Origin: Pseudomonadota bacterium
GTDB taxonomy: Bacteria; Desulfobacterota; Desulfobacteria; Desulfobacterales; Desulfatibacillaceae
Reading direction: 5' to 3'
Assembly (NCBI GenBank): GCA_043823985.1
Contig: JBDRTO010000088.1
Location: forward strand, 3,851 to 67,850
DNA: 64,000 nucleotides
Shown here: positions 51,249-61,094 of the stretch, piece after piece
Layout: each line of letters starts with the position of its first letter
Numbering within the stretch: the stretch's first letter is position 1
Program-made: the position numbers and the translations under genes
The notes under the pieces: generated by a model
Told to the model about the DNA's origin: nothing
The model's input: only the letters and a program-made list of their open reading frames with translations
Databases searched by the model: none

Positions 51249-51704
51249 TCACACCCTCCGGATCATGGCGATTTCGTCGCAATCGGGAAACTTGACGCAG
51301 TTGAGGCAGTCCGCCCAAATTTTTTGGGGCAGATCCCCCTTGTCCACCTCGGTGAATCCCATGCGCCGGAAAAAGTCCGGCACGTAGGTCAGGGCAAAAA
51401 TCTTCTTGATCCCGTACAGGCTCGCTTCTCCCAGGGCCCAGTCCATGAGGAGCCGGCCGATGCCCTGGCCCCCGTGGCCCTGCTCCACGGCCAGAGAACG
51501 GACCTCAGCCATGTCCTCCCAGCAAATCTGAAGGGCGCAACAGCCCACCAATCGGCCCTCCACGGGATCCTCGTACACCGCGTAATCCCTCAGGTGGTCG
51601 TAGAGGGCGCTCAGGGGGCGGGGAAGAAGTTTTCCCTCCACCGCAAAATCCTGGAGCAGCCGATGGATGGGCCGGACGTCATGAACGGTCGCCTTGCGTA
51701 TCAT
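51249..51704 (-). CDS. GNAT-family N-acetyltransferase
   Basis: 151 aa. 'LAVEQGHGGQGIGRLLM' is the acetyl-CoA-binding Q/RxxGxG motif. Confidence 0.8.
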   Translation of the reverse strand: MIRKATVHDVRPIHRLLQDFAVEGKLLPRPLSALYDHLRDYAVYEDPVEGRLVGCCALQICWEDMAEVRSLAVEQGHGGQGIGRLLMDWALGEASLYGIKKIFALTYVPDFFRRMGFTEVDKGDLPQKIWADCLNCVKFPDCDEIAMIRRV

Positions 51705-51810
51705 GGATTCCCGGACGGCCCTGCCGTCCCCTCCTTTTCTTGATTGAACTCCAGGCTATTTCCCAAGGAATCCCTTTTGCCTGGAAGCGAAGGAAAACAC
51801 AAGGGGGCGG

Positions 51811-53769
51811 TCAGGCAGCCTTCTTTTCCAGGGCAAGAACCCCGTTGGGATCAGGCTTCCCGGTTACCGGATTGATCTTCCGGTATTCCGTACCCGTGGG
51901 CTGGGAGAAATCACCGTGGGACCGGTTTTTCAGGACGGATTCCATGAACCGGAGCCAGATGGGTAGCGCGGCCCGGGCTCCGGTTTCCTTTGGCCCAAGA
52001 GAGGCACCGTCGTCCCGGCCCACCCACACGCCCACCACCATCCGGGGGGTGAATCCCACAAACCATGCGTCCCGGCAATCGTTGGTGGTCCCGGTCTTTC
52101 CCCCCAGGGGGACACCCAGGGTCCTGGCTTGGCGTCCCGTGCCTTCCCGGACCACCGCCTTGAGCATATCCACCATCACGGCGGCGGTCTTCTCGTCCAA
52201 CACGGCCCGCCTTTCCGGCCGGGCGCGATAGACAACCCCGCCCGTGCGGTCCGAAACCTCCAGAACGCTGTGGGGCCGGACCCATCGCCCCTGGCCCGGG
52301 AAAACCGCATAGGCCCCCGTAAGATCCTCCAGGGTGACTTCCGAGGAGCCTAAAGCCAACGAGAGGTTGGGAGCCAGGGTCGACCGGATGCCCATCTCCC
52401 GGGCCAGCCGGACGATCTCCGAAGGAGAAACGCGAAGGGCCAGACGCACGGCCGGGACGTTACGGGAATCCACCAAGGCCCGGCGGAGGCAGATTTCCCC
52501 CTCCCAGGCGCCGTCGTAATTCGCCGGCGACCAGTCGGAATGGTCGGGACCCCCTGGAAACACCATAGGGGCATCCAGAACCAGGGAGTCCTGGCCCAGC
52601 CCCCCCCGGATAGCCAGGGCGTAGACCAGGGGCTTGAACGCGGAACCCGGCTGGCGGCGGGCCTGGGTGGCGCGGTCAAAGGGGGTTTTGGATTGGTCAT
52701 CCCCTCCCACCAGAGCCTGGACCTGCCCCGTGGCCACATCCAGGCAGACCAGGGCCGCCTGCACCTGCTCCGGTTCCCCGCCCCGGGCCTCCACCCGTTC
52801 CCGGACCTGGCCCAGGCCCTGGTCCACAGCCTCCAGGGCCATCTGCTGGAGATCCCACCACAGGCTTGTGCGCACGGTCAAACCACCCTGGTACAGGGCT
52901 GATGCCCCCAGTTCCGGCAGGAGGGTCTGACGGACCTGTTCCACGAAATAACCCGCCTTGGGCCCCGAACCCGATCCAACGGCCGTTTTTACAGGTTCAG
53001 CCACGGCCTTTTCATATTCTTCCCGGCTGATCCAGTCCAGGCCGAACATCTGGGAGAGGACGACGTCGCGCCTTTTTTTTGCCCGGTCGGGGCTCACCAG
53101 AGGAGAATACCTGGAGGGGCTCTTGGGCATGCCCGCAATGAGGGCGCATTCGGCCAGGCTCAAGTCCCCCAGGGACTTGCCGAAAAAGGTCCTCGCGGCC
53201 ATGGAGGCCCCGTAAGCGCCGCTTCCGTAGTAGATGAGATTCAGGTAGCGCTCCAGGATCTCGTCCTTGGTATAGCGCCTCTCCAACTGGAGCGCCAGCA
53301 TGGCCTCCCGGAGCTTGCGGGTCAGGGTCTTGTCCGGGCTCAGGAACAGATTTTTGGCCAATTGCTGGGTGATGGTGCTGGCCCCCTCCACGTAGTTCAT
53401 GGCCAGAAGGTTGTGCGCCACGGCCCGGGCCAGGCCTTTGATGTCCACACCCCAGTGGGAATAGAAATGCTGGTCCTCCGTGGCCTGGACCGCGAGTTTC
53501 AGATTTGGGGGAATCCGGTCCAGAGCCGTGGGGGAGCGCCTCTGGGTGTACCACTCGTCCAGAACCACCCCATCGGCGGAAAGGACCCGGGTCACGGATG
53601 GGGGAGCGGTTCCATCCAGGATCTGAAGGGGCGGCAGATCACTGGTGATCCAGAAGACCAGGGCAGCCATACAGCCGGCCAGCATGCCCGCCACCCCGCC
53701 CATCAGAAGGAGGAGGATCAGGGAGCGGCCTCCCCGGGCCTTCTTTCCCTCTTTCCGTCCGGGTTTCAA
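51811..53769 (-). CDS. class A penicillin-binding protein (glycosyltransferase + transpeptidase)
   Basis: GT51 'ATEDQHFYSHWGVD...GASTITQQLAKN...RKLREA', and TPase 'SAFKP', 'SRN' and 'KTGTTND'. The proposed TTG start 53769 overlaps the CPBP stop (TTGA). An alternative ATG is at 53703. The ORF-track N-terminus up to 54249 is not credible. Confidence 0.85.
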   Translation of the reverse strand: MKPGRKEGKKARGGRSLILLLLMGGVAGMLAGCMAALVFWITSDLPPLQILDGTAPPSVTRVLSADGVVLDEWYTQRRSPTALDRIPPNLKLAVQATEDQHFYSHWGVDIKGLARAVAHNLLAMNYVEGASTITQQLAKNLFLSPDKTLTRKLREAMLALQLERRYTKDEILERYLNLIYYGSGAYGASMAARTFFGKSLGDLSLAECALIAGMPKSPSRYSPLVSPDRAKKRRDVVLSQMFGLDWISREEYEKAVAEPVKTAVGSGSGPKAGYFVEQVRQTLLPELGASALYQGGLTVRTSLWWDLQQMALEAVDQGLGQVRERVEARGGEPEQVQAALVCLDVATGQVQALVGGDDQSKTPFDRATQARRQPGSAFKPLVYALAIRGGLGQDSLVLDAPMVFPGGPDHSDWSPANYDGAWEGEICLRRALVDSRNVPAVRLALRVSPSEIVRLAREMGIRSTLAPNLSLALGSSEVTLEDLTGAYAVFPGQGRWVRPHSVLEVSDRTGGVVYRARPERRAVLDEKTAAVMVDMLKAVVREGTGRQARTLGVPLGGKTGTTNDCRDAWFVGFTPRMVVGVWVGRDDGASLGPKETGARAALPIWLRFMESVLKNRSHGDFSQPTGTEYRKINPVTGKPDPNGVLALEKKAA

Positions 53770-54407
53770 GGTGCCCCCAGCCAGGCCAGGGCAAACAGTG
53801 CGAAGTTGCCCGATGCATGGATCATGATGGGCACCAGGAGATTTTTTTCCTTTTCGTACGCCAGGGCGAAGACCACGCCCCCCACCATCTGGGTGAAGGG
53901 GATCCGGGAGGCCCCCATGTGGGGCAACACGAAGAACACGATGGAAACCAGAAGGGCCGCCGGAATTCCCCAGCGCCGGAAATAGCCGTAAACTAGTCCC
54001 CGGAAAAAAAGCTCCTCCGCCAGAGGGGCGATGAAGGTCCCCACGAAAATAAACAGCGCCAATCCCAGGGTGGATTCGGGCAATCGGGAATGGAGCATAC
54101 GAAGCGGCGCAAGCCCCAGGAGGTGCAGGACCAGGATGCCGATCCCGGCCACCAGGGCAAAAAACAGGCACCACAAGGCTCCGCGCTTGAACCCCGGCAG
54201 AAGGTTCACCCGGGCCAAACCAAAGGACGGAGCCCCATTTCCCAGGCACCAGGCCATGCCCATAACCCAGGCCGCCTGGGCCAGCCGGACAGTTCCCAGG
54301 GCGGTCATGTCCACGGCCACCGTGCCCCGGGGAATGAAAAAGGTCATCCCCTCCAGGGCCAGCACGCCGGACAGGCCGGCCCAGAAAATGGCCGGCCTCA
54401 GCGCCAT
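53766..54407 (-). CDS. CPBP-family (CAAX-type) intramembrane glutamic endopeptidase
   Basis: 'APLAEELFFRG', 'FALAY' and 'LLVPIMIHASGNF' motifs, with multiple TM helices. ATG 54407 overlaps the upstream stop by about 10 nt. Confidence 0.8.
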   Translation of the reverse strand: MALRPAIFWAGLSGVLALEGMTFFIPRGTVAVDMTALGTVRLAQAAWVMGMAWCLGNGAPSFGLARVNLLPGFKRGALWCLFFALVAGIGILVLHLLGLAPLRMLHSRLPESTLGLALFIFVGTFIAPLAEELFFRGLVYGYFRRWGIPAALLVSIVFFVLPHMGASRIPFTQMVGGVVFALAYEKEKNLLVPIMIHASGNFALFALAWLGAP

Positions 54408-55906
54408 TCCTGTGTCCAACCCAGGCTTTTCAAGGCCCGGTAGGCATACATCTGGACGTACCAGTCCCCCGAATCCCGAAGTATGCCCAAAAGGACTTCC
54501 CGGGCCCTGGGGTTTCCGCCATGCCCCATGGATTCCATGGCCTTGCAGCGCACATTGCGATGAGGGTCCCGGGCCAGGGCGGTCAAATCATCAAAGGCCC
54601 GGGCACATCGGGCCCCCCGGAGGGCTCGGGCCGTCCAGTAGCGTACCGCCGTGTTTTCATTGGTCAGAAGCGACTCGTAGGTGTCCAAGGAACAGATGTC
54701 CTTGCCCTCTTCCATGGTTTTCTTTATGCTGGCTGTGATGAGGATGGAGGAGTCCGAGGCCAGGAGGTCCGTTGCTTCCATTTCCGGGTGCGCTCCTCCC
54801 AGGGACCGGACCGGGACCAGGGCCAGGAGCCCAATGGCCATACAGACCGTTCCGGGGAGCCACCATCGCCAGGGCCCGCGAAAAAAACCAACGCCCTTTT
54901 CCAGGCCCGCGAAAAGCGTGAGGTATAAAAACAGGGGGAAACCGAAAACCAGGGTGTAATAGGTCAGGGTTCGGACTCCCTCCTGGTTATCGGTTTCTAT
55001 GGAAAACTCTTCCAGGGCATCCTCCAGATGGGTTTTGAATTCCCTGGAGTCTTTTTCCAAAATCTTCCGTTTCCCATGGAAAAGGCCGAGCCCTTGGCCC
55101 GAGGGGCGCAGGAGGAGATCCGTGGGCACCCCTTCCGGCACGGGAAAATAATCCCGCATGGCAAGACCACGGGCCACGCCCCGGGGAAAATCCCTGGGAG
55201 AAAGTTCTTCCTCCCTGACGGTCTTGATGAGCTTCTGGTGCAGCGCCTTAAAGGATTCAGCCGGATAAAGGGTATAGTCGTAATAGAATTCGTTGAACGC
55301 GTTCCCAGCCGGATTGGAAAGGAGGAGGCTGTCCCGCAGATCCAGGAACAGGGTCCGGTCCAGGTGCAGAAGCCACCCCCCTGCCAGGATGACCACCGGG
55401 AGGAAAAAAGCCAGGGCCTCCTTCAGGGTTCTCCGGGCGTCCACTCTTTGGGAAAGGCACCAGGAAACCAGGAAGGCCGCCAGGGGAACCAGGAGCCCCA
55501 GGAGGGTTCCGGGCAGAGTGAATCCACGAGAATTCACGAATACCAGGAGGCTGGCCTCCAAGATCGCGGCCAGGGCCAGGGCCAGGTGAAAACCCAATCC
55601 CATTCTTTTGGCCAGCCAAGCCCAAAGGGAAAAGAGAATCCCCAGGCCGGTTCCCACGGTGAAGGAATAGAACAGCGCTCCCAGTACCGGAGTGGTCAGG
55701 CCATCAAGAAGTGGGAAGACCTTTGGGCCGGGCACGGTCACGTATCCGGCCGCATCCAGAGCCTTCATCCTGGTCAGGAGGGCTTGGTTGGACCACCAGA
55801 TCCATCCCATAGCTACAATTTGACAGGCCGCCATACCCGCCAGGGTTGAAATCATAAGGCCCGTGGCGAATCCGCCTGACTTCTGCTTTTTGTTCCCCTC
55901 CTCCAT
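54398..55906 (-). CDS. polytopic membrane protein with C-terminal HEAT-like repeats
   Basis: About 9 predicted TM helices, then 'VRYWTARALRG...LARDPHRNVRCKAMESMG...LRDSGDWYVQMYAYRALKSLG' (HEAT/PBS-lyase-like). The ORF-track TTG start (55984) lies in the T-tract of the dsr terminator, so ATG 55906 (GAGG upstream) is preferred. Confidence 0.55.
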   Translation of the reverse strand: MEEGNKKQKSGGFATGLMISTLAGMAACQIVAMGWIWWSNQALLTRMKALDAAGYVTVPGPKVFPLLDGLTTPVLGALFYSFTVGTGLGILFSLWAWLAKRMGLGFHLALALAAILEASLLVFVNSRGFTLPGTLLGLLVPLAAFLVSWCLSQRVDARRTLKEALAFFLPVVILAGGWLLHLDRTLFLDLRDSLLLSNPAGNAFNEFYYDYTLYPAESFKALHQKLIKTVREEELSPRDFPRGVARGLAMRDYFPVPEGVPTDLLLRPSGQGLGLFHGKRKILEKDSREFKTHLEDALEEFSIETDNQEGVRTLTYYTLVFGFPLFLYLTLFAGLEKGVGFFRGPWRWWLPGTVCMAIGLLALVPVRSLGGAHPEMEATDLLASDSSILITASIKKTMEEGKDICSLDTYESLLTNENTAVRYWTARALRGARCARAFDDLTALARDPHRNVRCKAMESMGHGGNPRAREVLLGILRDSGDWYVQMYAYRALKSLGWTQEWR

Positions 55907-55981
55907 GCCCTGCCTCGCCGTGATGACCATGCCAAAGGGATAAACCAGCCCTTGCAGAATAGCTCCCTTTTGCCCACGCTG

Positions 55982-56020
55982 CAAACAAAAGGGCCCGGCC
56001 CCCGTGGGGGAGCCGGGCCC
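55982..56020 (-). terminator. rho-independent terminator of the dsrMKJOP operon
   Basis: The minus-strand RNA GGGCCCGGCUCCCCCACGGGGGCCGGGCCC forms an approximately 13-bp GC stem followed by UUUUGUUUG, 24 nt after the dsrP stop. Confidence 0.65.
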
Positions 56021-56044
56021 GATTGGCTCAGAAAAGGAAGCGAT

Positions 56045-57208
56045 TCAGCTCGCAGCTTCCTTTTTGACCTCCAGAGCGATCTTGAACAGCACCGTCAGGA
56101 TAAAGATGCCCAGGGAATAAATTCCCACGGTGATGGCAAGCTCGTACACGCTGGGATAGTACTCGGTGACGTGGTCCAGCATGTTGGGAATGAATCCTGC
56201 AACCACAAGCCCCATGCCCTTTTCCAGCCATGTGGACAGAACAAGCGCCATGAGGGCGATGATGAGGATCTTCTCGTTGTTGCGGAACCTGGGGGGGATC
56301 AGCAGAATTAGGGAGAAGATCCCCAGGAGTACCGACGCCCACATGACCGGCACCAGGGCGTAGTGCCCCTCCAGACCCGCAAACAGGTAAATAAACGTAT
56401 GTTTGTGGCCCGGAATATTGCTGTAGAAGGCGGTAAAAAGTTCCAGGGACAGGAAGAACAGGTTGGTGATCATGGCGTAGGTGATGATCTTGGCCAATGC
56501 GCGGATGGCCTTCTGCCCCGGGTCGAATCCAGTGAGACGCCTCAGGATGAACACGATGAGCAGAAGAATGGCCGGTCCGGCGCAAAAAGCGGACGCCAGG
56601 AACCGTGGAGCCATAATGGCCGTGAGCCAGAAATGCCGGCCCGCCAGACCTGAGTACAGAAAGGCCGTCACGGTGTGGATGGAAAAGGCCCAGGGAATGG
56701 AGAGATAGATGAGGGGCTTCACCCACTTTGGGGGAGGCATGCTCTTCCTCTCGCTCTGGAGAACCGTCCACCCGACAACGATGTTCAGCAGCATGTAGAC
56801 GTTCAGCACAATCGCATCCCAGAACAGGATGGAGTTGGGCGTGGGATACAGAAAGAGATTGAGCAGCCGGGAGGGCTGGCCCAGGTCCACCAGGACGAAC
56901 ATCATGCAAGTGAAAACCGCAGCCACGGCCATGAATTCGCCCAGTATGGTGATCTTGCCGAACTCCTTGTAGTTGTGGAGATAATACGGCAGGACCAGCA
57001 TGACACCCGAGGCGGCCACGCCCACCAGGTAGGTCAGCTGGGAGATGTAGATGCCCCAGCTGACATCCCGGGACATGCCGGTGACCCCCAGGCCCTGGAA
57101 ATACTGGTACAGGTAGGCTCCGAAGCCTATCGCGATGAAAAACGAAAGGACCGCGAGCCAACCCCAGTATCTTTCACTTCCTTTCAATGCCTTTTCCAGC
57201 ATAGCCAC
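56045..57208 (-). CDS. dsrP: DsrP, NrfD/PsrC-family integral membrane subunit
   Basis: 387 aa with about 10 TM helices and an NrfD-like N-terminus 'YWGWLAVLSFFIAIGFGAYLYQ...GMSRDVSWGIYI'. It is the last gene of the M-K-J-O-P order. Start is GTG 57208 or ATG 57202. Confidence 0.85.
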   Translation of the reverse strand: MAMLEKALKGSERYWGWLAVLSFFIAIGFGAYLYQYFQGLGVTGMSRDVSWGIYISQLTYLVGVAASGVMLVLPYYLHNYKEFGKITILGEFMAVAAVFTCMMFVLVDLGQPSRLLNLFLYPTPNSILFWDAIVLNVYMLLNIVVGWTVLQSERKSMPPPKWVKPLIYLSIPWAFSIHTVTAFLYSGLAGRHFWLTAIMAPRFLASAFCAGPAILLLIVFILRRLTGFDPGQKAIRALAKIITYAMITNLFFLSLELFTAFYSNIPGHKHTFIYLFAGLEGHYALVPVMWASVLLGIFSLILLIPPRFRNNEKILIIALMALVLSTWLEKGMGLVVAGFIPNMLDHVTEYYPSVYELAITVGIYSLGIFILTVLFKIALEVKKEAAS

Positions 57209-57214
57209 CTCACA

Positions 57215-58015
57215 CTATATGATGTAGTAGATCTGGGGCTGTGTCCCCAGCTCGGGCTTGCGCCGAATGGTGAAATGCTTGCGCAGAGCCTTCGAAACCT
57301 CGGACTCGTGGTCATCAAGGTCGCCGAAGATCAGTTCGTTGTTCTTGCAGGCCTCCACGCAGGCGGGCATCTGCCCCTTGGCCAGCCTTTCGGCGCAGAA
57401 GTTGCATTTTTCCACCACGCCCTTGGTACGGCTGGGAAATTCGGGATTGGGAGGCGAGAAATTGCCCTCGGCGTCCTTAAGACTTGCCTGTTGCCTCGGG
57501 TCGAACCAATTGAAGCTCCGGGAGCCGTAGGGGCAGCCCGCCATGCAGAACCGGCAGCCGATGCAACGGTGATAATCCATCATCACGATGCCGTCGGGCC
57601 GCTGGAAAGTGGCCTGGGTCGGGCAGACCCGGACGCAGGGAGGATTCACGCATTGGTTGCAGAGAACCAGGAAAGGCTCCCTGGCGATCTCGGCCGGAAG
57701 GTGCTCGTTCTCCTGGCCGGGAAAGGTGTGCTTGTAGCCTTCTTCCCAAATCCACTTGATCTCGTGGAGATGGTTCTCATAATGGGGGATATTATGGGCC
57801 TTGTTGCAGGCCTCGATGGCGGCTTTCCGGGTTTCTCCCGTGAACTTGCCTACATCCACCGCCATGGCCCACCGCTTTGCCGTGAGGGCATTGTCGAAAG
57901 GCGCGGCACCCTTCGGCTTGACCCCCATGGCCAGGGCTTCGACCGAAGGCCGCACCGTCAGCCCGGCAGCCGTGACCCCCAGGATTTTCAGAAAGCTCCT
58001 CCTGGTGCTATCCAT
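57215..58015 (-). CDS. dsrO: DsrO, periplasmic 4Fe-4S ferredoxin-like subunit
   Basis: Tat signal 'STRRSFLKILGVTAAG' and several CxxCxxC-type clusters ('CIGCRFCMAGCP', 'CNQCVNPPCVRVCP'). TGATG overlap with dsrJ. Confidence 0.85.
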   Translation of the reverse strand: MDSTRRSFLKILGVTAAGLTVRPSVEALAMGVKPKGAAPFDNALTAKRWAMAVDVGKFTGETRKAAIEACNKAHNIPHYENHLHEIKWIWEEGYKHTFPGQENEHLPAEIAREPFLVLCNQCVNPPCVRVCPTQATFQRPDGIVMMDYHRCIGCRFCMAGCPYGSRSFNWFDPRQQASLKDAEGNFSPPNPEFPSRTKGVVEKCNFCAERLAKGQMPACVEACKNNELIFGDLDDHESEVSKALRKHFTIRRKPELGTQPQIYYII

Positions 58016-58416
58016 CACTTCATCTCCTTTGGCTGGAGGTGGCATTCCCAGCAGTACGGACTGACACCTGCGTAGTTGTGACAGGAGTCACAAAACTTTT
58101 CCTTGTTGGAATGACACTCCATGCAGGTGTTGGACAGGCTCATCTCGTAGCGGACGCCTGTAAAAGCGGGATACGCGCGGTTGCTGTTCCGGACCACCGA
58201 AGTTCTCCACTCGTTCAAGAGCTTCATGTGGTTGGCGCGCATGTACTCCGTATTTTCCACGCAAACAGGCTCGCTCATGGCGGCGATGGCTTCGGTCTGG
58301 ATGTTGGGCTCCGGGGGAGGAGTGGCCTTGCCCATGTTGTAATAAAGGGGAAAGGTGAACACCAAAAAGAAGATGACGAGCCCGACGGTGACTTTGCCCA
58401 GATCGTAGATCTTCAT
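58015..58416 (-). CDS. dsrJ: DsrJ, membrane-anchored triheme cytochrome c
   Basis: 133 aa with an N-terminal anchor and three CxxCH motifs (CMECH, CDSCH, CWECH). ATGA overlap with dsrK. Confidence 0.85.
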   Translation of the reverse strand: MKIYDLGKVTVGLVIFFLVFTFPLYYNMGKATPPPEPNIQTEAIAAMSEPVCVENTEYMRANHMKLLNEWRTSVVRNSNRAYPAFTGVRYEMSLSNTCMECHSNKEKFCDSCHNYAGVSPYCWECHLQPKEMK

Positions 58417-60035
58417 CCTTCATCCTCCATTCCGGGAAGGTCCTCGCCACGCAAGTCCGTGGTGCGCTTCTTCTCGCCGTCAAGCACGAGAGCGTTGCCC
58501 ACCAATTCATGCACGCCGGTCACGCCGACTCCCGGTACCCAGTAGTCCATGAGGGGCGGCAGGGCGGCCCGGTCGATGGCGCAAACGCAGGCCAACATGT
58601 TCACGCCGTGTTTCTCGTGGACATGCCGGACGGCGTTGGCCCGGGGCAGGCCCCCGCGGAACCTCAGTTCCAGGTTCTCGCCGGCGTTCAGCCCCGATCC
58701 GCTTCCGCAGCAGAAAGTCTGCTCCCGGATGGTGTTGGGCGGCATTTCGTAGAAGTGGTTGCAGGTCTTATTGATGATGTACCTGGGCTCTTCCAAGAGA
58801 CCCATGCCCCGAGAGGGGTTGCAGGAGTCATGAAAGGTCAGCCGCAAGTGATCATTACGGCTCTTGTCCAGGTTGAGCTTGTTATGTTTGATCAGATCGG
58901 CCGTGAACTCCGTGATGTGCACCATCTTGTTGGACTTGGCGTTTTCGAACTTTGTGCCGGTGATGGGGTTCACGGGTTGTTCCAGGAAGTCGGACGGGCC
59001 GTTCATGGTGCTCATGTACTGGTGGATCACCCGCCACATGTGGCCGCACTCGCCGCCAAGGATCCATTTGACCCCAAGGCGCTTGGCCTCGGCGTACATC
59101 TTGGAGTTCAGGCGCTTCATCATCTCGTTGGACGTGAAGGATCCGAAGTTGCCGCCCTCGGAGGCATAGGTGCTCCAGGTGATGTCCAGGCCCATGCTCT
59201 CCAGGTAGTGGAAGAGGATGAGATACCCCATGGCCGTGTACGTACCCGGATCACCGAACACATCCCCGGAGGGCGTGATGAACAGAATTTCCGCGCCTTT
59301 CCGGTTGAAGTTCGGCTTCACCCGCACGCCCGTGACATCCTCGATCTCGTCCACGAAGAAGTCCAACATGTCCTTGAAGGCGTGGGGCTGGATGCCCAGG
59401 TGATTGCCCGTGCGGTAGCAGTTGGCCACCGGCGTGGCGATCCAGTCGATGTTCAGACCCAGGAGGTTCAAGAGCTCGCGGGCGATCATGGTGATCTCCG
59501 CAGTGTCGATTCCGTAGGGACAGAACACGCTGCACCGGCGGCATTCGGAGCACTGGAAGAAGTAGTACCACCATTCCTTGAGCACCGGCAGGGTGAGTTT
59601 GCGGGCACCCACCATTTTGCCCATGAGTTTGCCCGCCAGGGTATAGTCCTTGCGGTAGACCGAACGAAGGAGTTCGGCCCGGAGAACGGGCATGTTCTTG
59701 GGGTCGCCCGTGCCGATGAAGTAGTGGCACTTGTCCGCACAGGCTCCACACCGGACGCAGGTGTCCATGAAAATTTTCAGGGAACGGAAACGGTCCAGGC
59801 GGTCCCGGAGTCCGTCCACGATGATCTCCACCCAATTTTCAGGGAGGCCCCAGTCTTCCTCTTCCGGGTTCCATTTGTGGGGGTTGGGCATGCCCACGTA
59901 CTCAACGGACTGGGGTTTCGCCGCGTAGCAGTACATCCCCTTCCGGATGACGGTGGGCGTGTCCATCCACCCGGTGGCCGGCGGATTGTGATCAATCCGT
60001 ATCATCTCCTGGGATTTGGGGACTTCATCAGCCAT
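58413..60035 (-). CDS. dsrK: DsrK, HdrD-like CCG-domain iron-sulfur subunit
   Basis: 540 aa with 'CVRCGACADKCH', 'CSECRRCSVFCP' and CCG motifs ('FCCGSGSG'). A strong GGAGAAGGAG SD precedes the start. Confidence 0.9.
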   Translation of the reverse strand: MADEVPKSQEMIRIDHNPPATGWMDTPTVIRKGMYCYAAKPQSVEYVGMPNPHKWNPEEEDWGLPENWVEIIVDGLRDRLDRFRSLKIFMDTCVRCGACADKCHYFIGTGDPKNMPVLRAELLRSVYRKDYTLAGKLMGKMVGARKLTLPVLKEWWYYFFQCSECRRCSVFCPYGIDTAEITMIARELLNLLGLNIDWIATPVANCYRTGNHLGIQPHAFKDMLDFFVDEIEDVTGVRVKPNFNRKGAEILFITPSGDVFGDPGTYTAMGYLILFHYLESMGLDITWSTYASEGGNFGSFTSNEMMKRLNSKMYAEAKRLGVKWILGGECGHMWRVIHQYMSTMNGPSDFLEQPVNPITGTKFENAKSNKMVHITEFTADLIKHNKLNLDKSRNDHLRLTFHDSCNPSRGMGLLEEPRYIINKTCNHFYEMPPNTIREQTFCCGSGSGLNAGENLELRFRGGLPRANAVRHVHEKHGVNMLACVCAIDRAALPPLMDYWVPGVGVTGVHELVGNALVLDGEKKRTTDLRGEDLPGMEDEG

Positions 60036-60037
60036 GG

Positions 60038-61078
60038 TTACTCCTTCTCCGCGCTATCAGCGGCATCGGCGGGCATTTTATCCACGGGGAGCCCGGCTTC
60101 GATCATGCGGTCTCTGAACTCGTCTTCGTATTCCTCGTAGGTATGGAGATGAACCTCGGGGTTCCAAGGGTTCACATGATGAAACTCCCGGCTGTTGCCG
60201 CGCAGGTTCCGGGTGGGGCTCATGAAGATGCCGCCCAGATGCATGAGCTTGCTGAAAGGAAAGTACGCCAGCAGCACGCTCACCAGGAACAGGTGAATGA
60301 AAAAGAAGATGCCAATCCCTTCCGGCACGGACGGATGCAGGCTCGCCAAGCCCAGGGTCAGTTCCCGGATCGCTACGATGTCCACATGGACCACGTAGCG
60401 CATGATCAGGCCCGTTCCCGCGATGGAGAGGATCAGGAACAGGGGAAAGTAATCAGCAGGAAGACTGATGTAGCGCACGTTGGAAACGGCAAGGCGCCTG
60501 AAGAGGAGGTAGCCGGCCGCGCCAAAAAGCACGAACCCGGAAATAATGATCCCCGGAAGGCCGATCTGGAGAAATCCGTCCAGGGCGTCCAGCAGTTGAA
60601 TAGGTGCCGGAATGGGCTCCAGAAAGAACCGCAGGTGCCGTATCACCACGGTGAGAAAGGCATAGTGGAAAGCCAGGGCGGCCACCCACAGCCAGAGTTC
60701 CCACCCGTAAGCGATCCTGGGCCCCTGGGAGTCGAGCTGCATCTTGGTATTCCGGAAAAGGGACCTGAAAGTCAGAATCTCCAGGGCCATGCGGCCCACG
60801 ACATGCCATTTGCTGGAGGGATTCTCCAGCTTATCCGGCTTGATCCAGGGCAGACTCTTCTGCTGGCCGCAGGTTGTTGCAATGGAGAAGGGAACCGGGC
60901 TTTTGGCCCAGGAAAGCACCTTCCAGATGAAACCGAGGATGAACACGGCCAATGCAAGAAGGGGAATCACCACGCCGAACAAGGGGTGTAGGGCGGGTAC
61001 AGCCCCGCCGATGGTGCCGACGACCAGCACGGCTCCCACGGCAATCAGGGATACGATAACCGATGTCAGAAAATTCAT
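60038..61078 (-). CDS. dsrM: DsrM, NarI-like dihaem cytochrome b membrane subunit
   Basis: 346 aa with multiple TM helices and a NarI/HdrE-like arrangement. It is the first gene of the dsrMKJOP order. Confidence 0.85.
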   Translation of the reverse strand: MNFLTSVIVSLIAVGAVLVVGTIGGAVPALHPLFGVVIPLLALAVFILGFIWKVLSWAKSPVPFSIATTCGQQKSLPWIKPDKLENPSSKWHVVGRMALEILTFRSLFRNTKMQLDSQGPRIAYGWELWLWVAALAFHYAFLTVVIRHLRFFLEPIPAPIQLLDALDGFLQIGLPGIIISGFVLFGAAGYLLFRRLAVSNVRYISLPADYFPLFLILSIAGTGLIMRYVVHVDIVAIRELTLGLASLHPSVPEGIGIFFFIHLFLVSVLLAYFPFSKLMHLGGIFMSPTRNLRGNSREFHHVNPWNPEVHLHTYEEYEDEFRDRMIEAGLPVDKMPADAADSAEKE

Positions 61079-61094
61079 TGACGCTTACCTCGCT

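Noticed and set aside
53770-54249. 160-codon N-terminal extension of the PBP1A ORF
   Set aside because: It overlaps the CPBP protease gene in another frame and is Pro/Gly/Arg-rich. A PBP-type cytoplasmic tail plus TM anchor begins at the TTG 53769 / ATG 53703 region.
58509-60140. 543-aa ORF antisense to dsrK
   Set aside because: dsrK has Fe-S and CCG motifs and a strong SD on the minus strand, so this is a shadow ORF.
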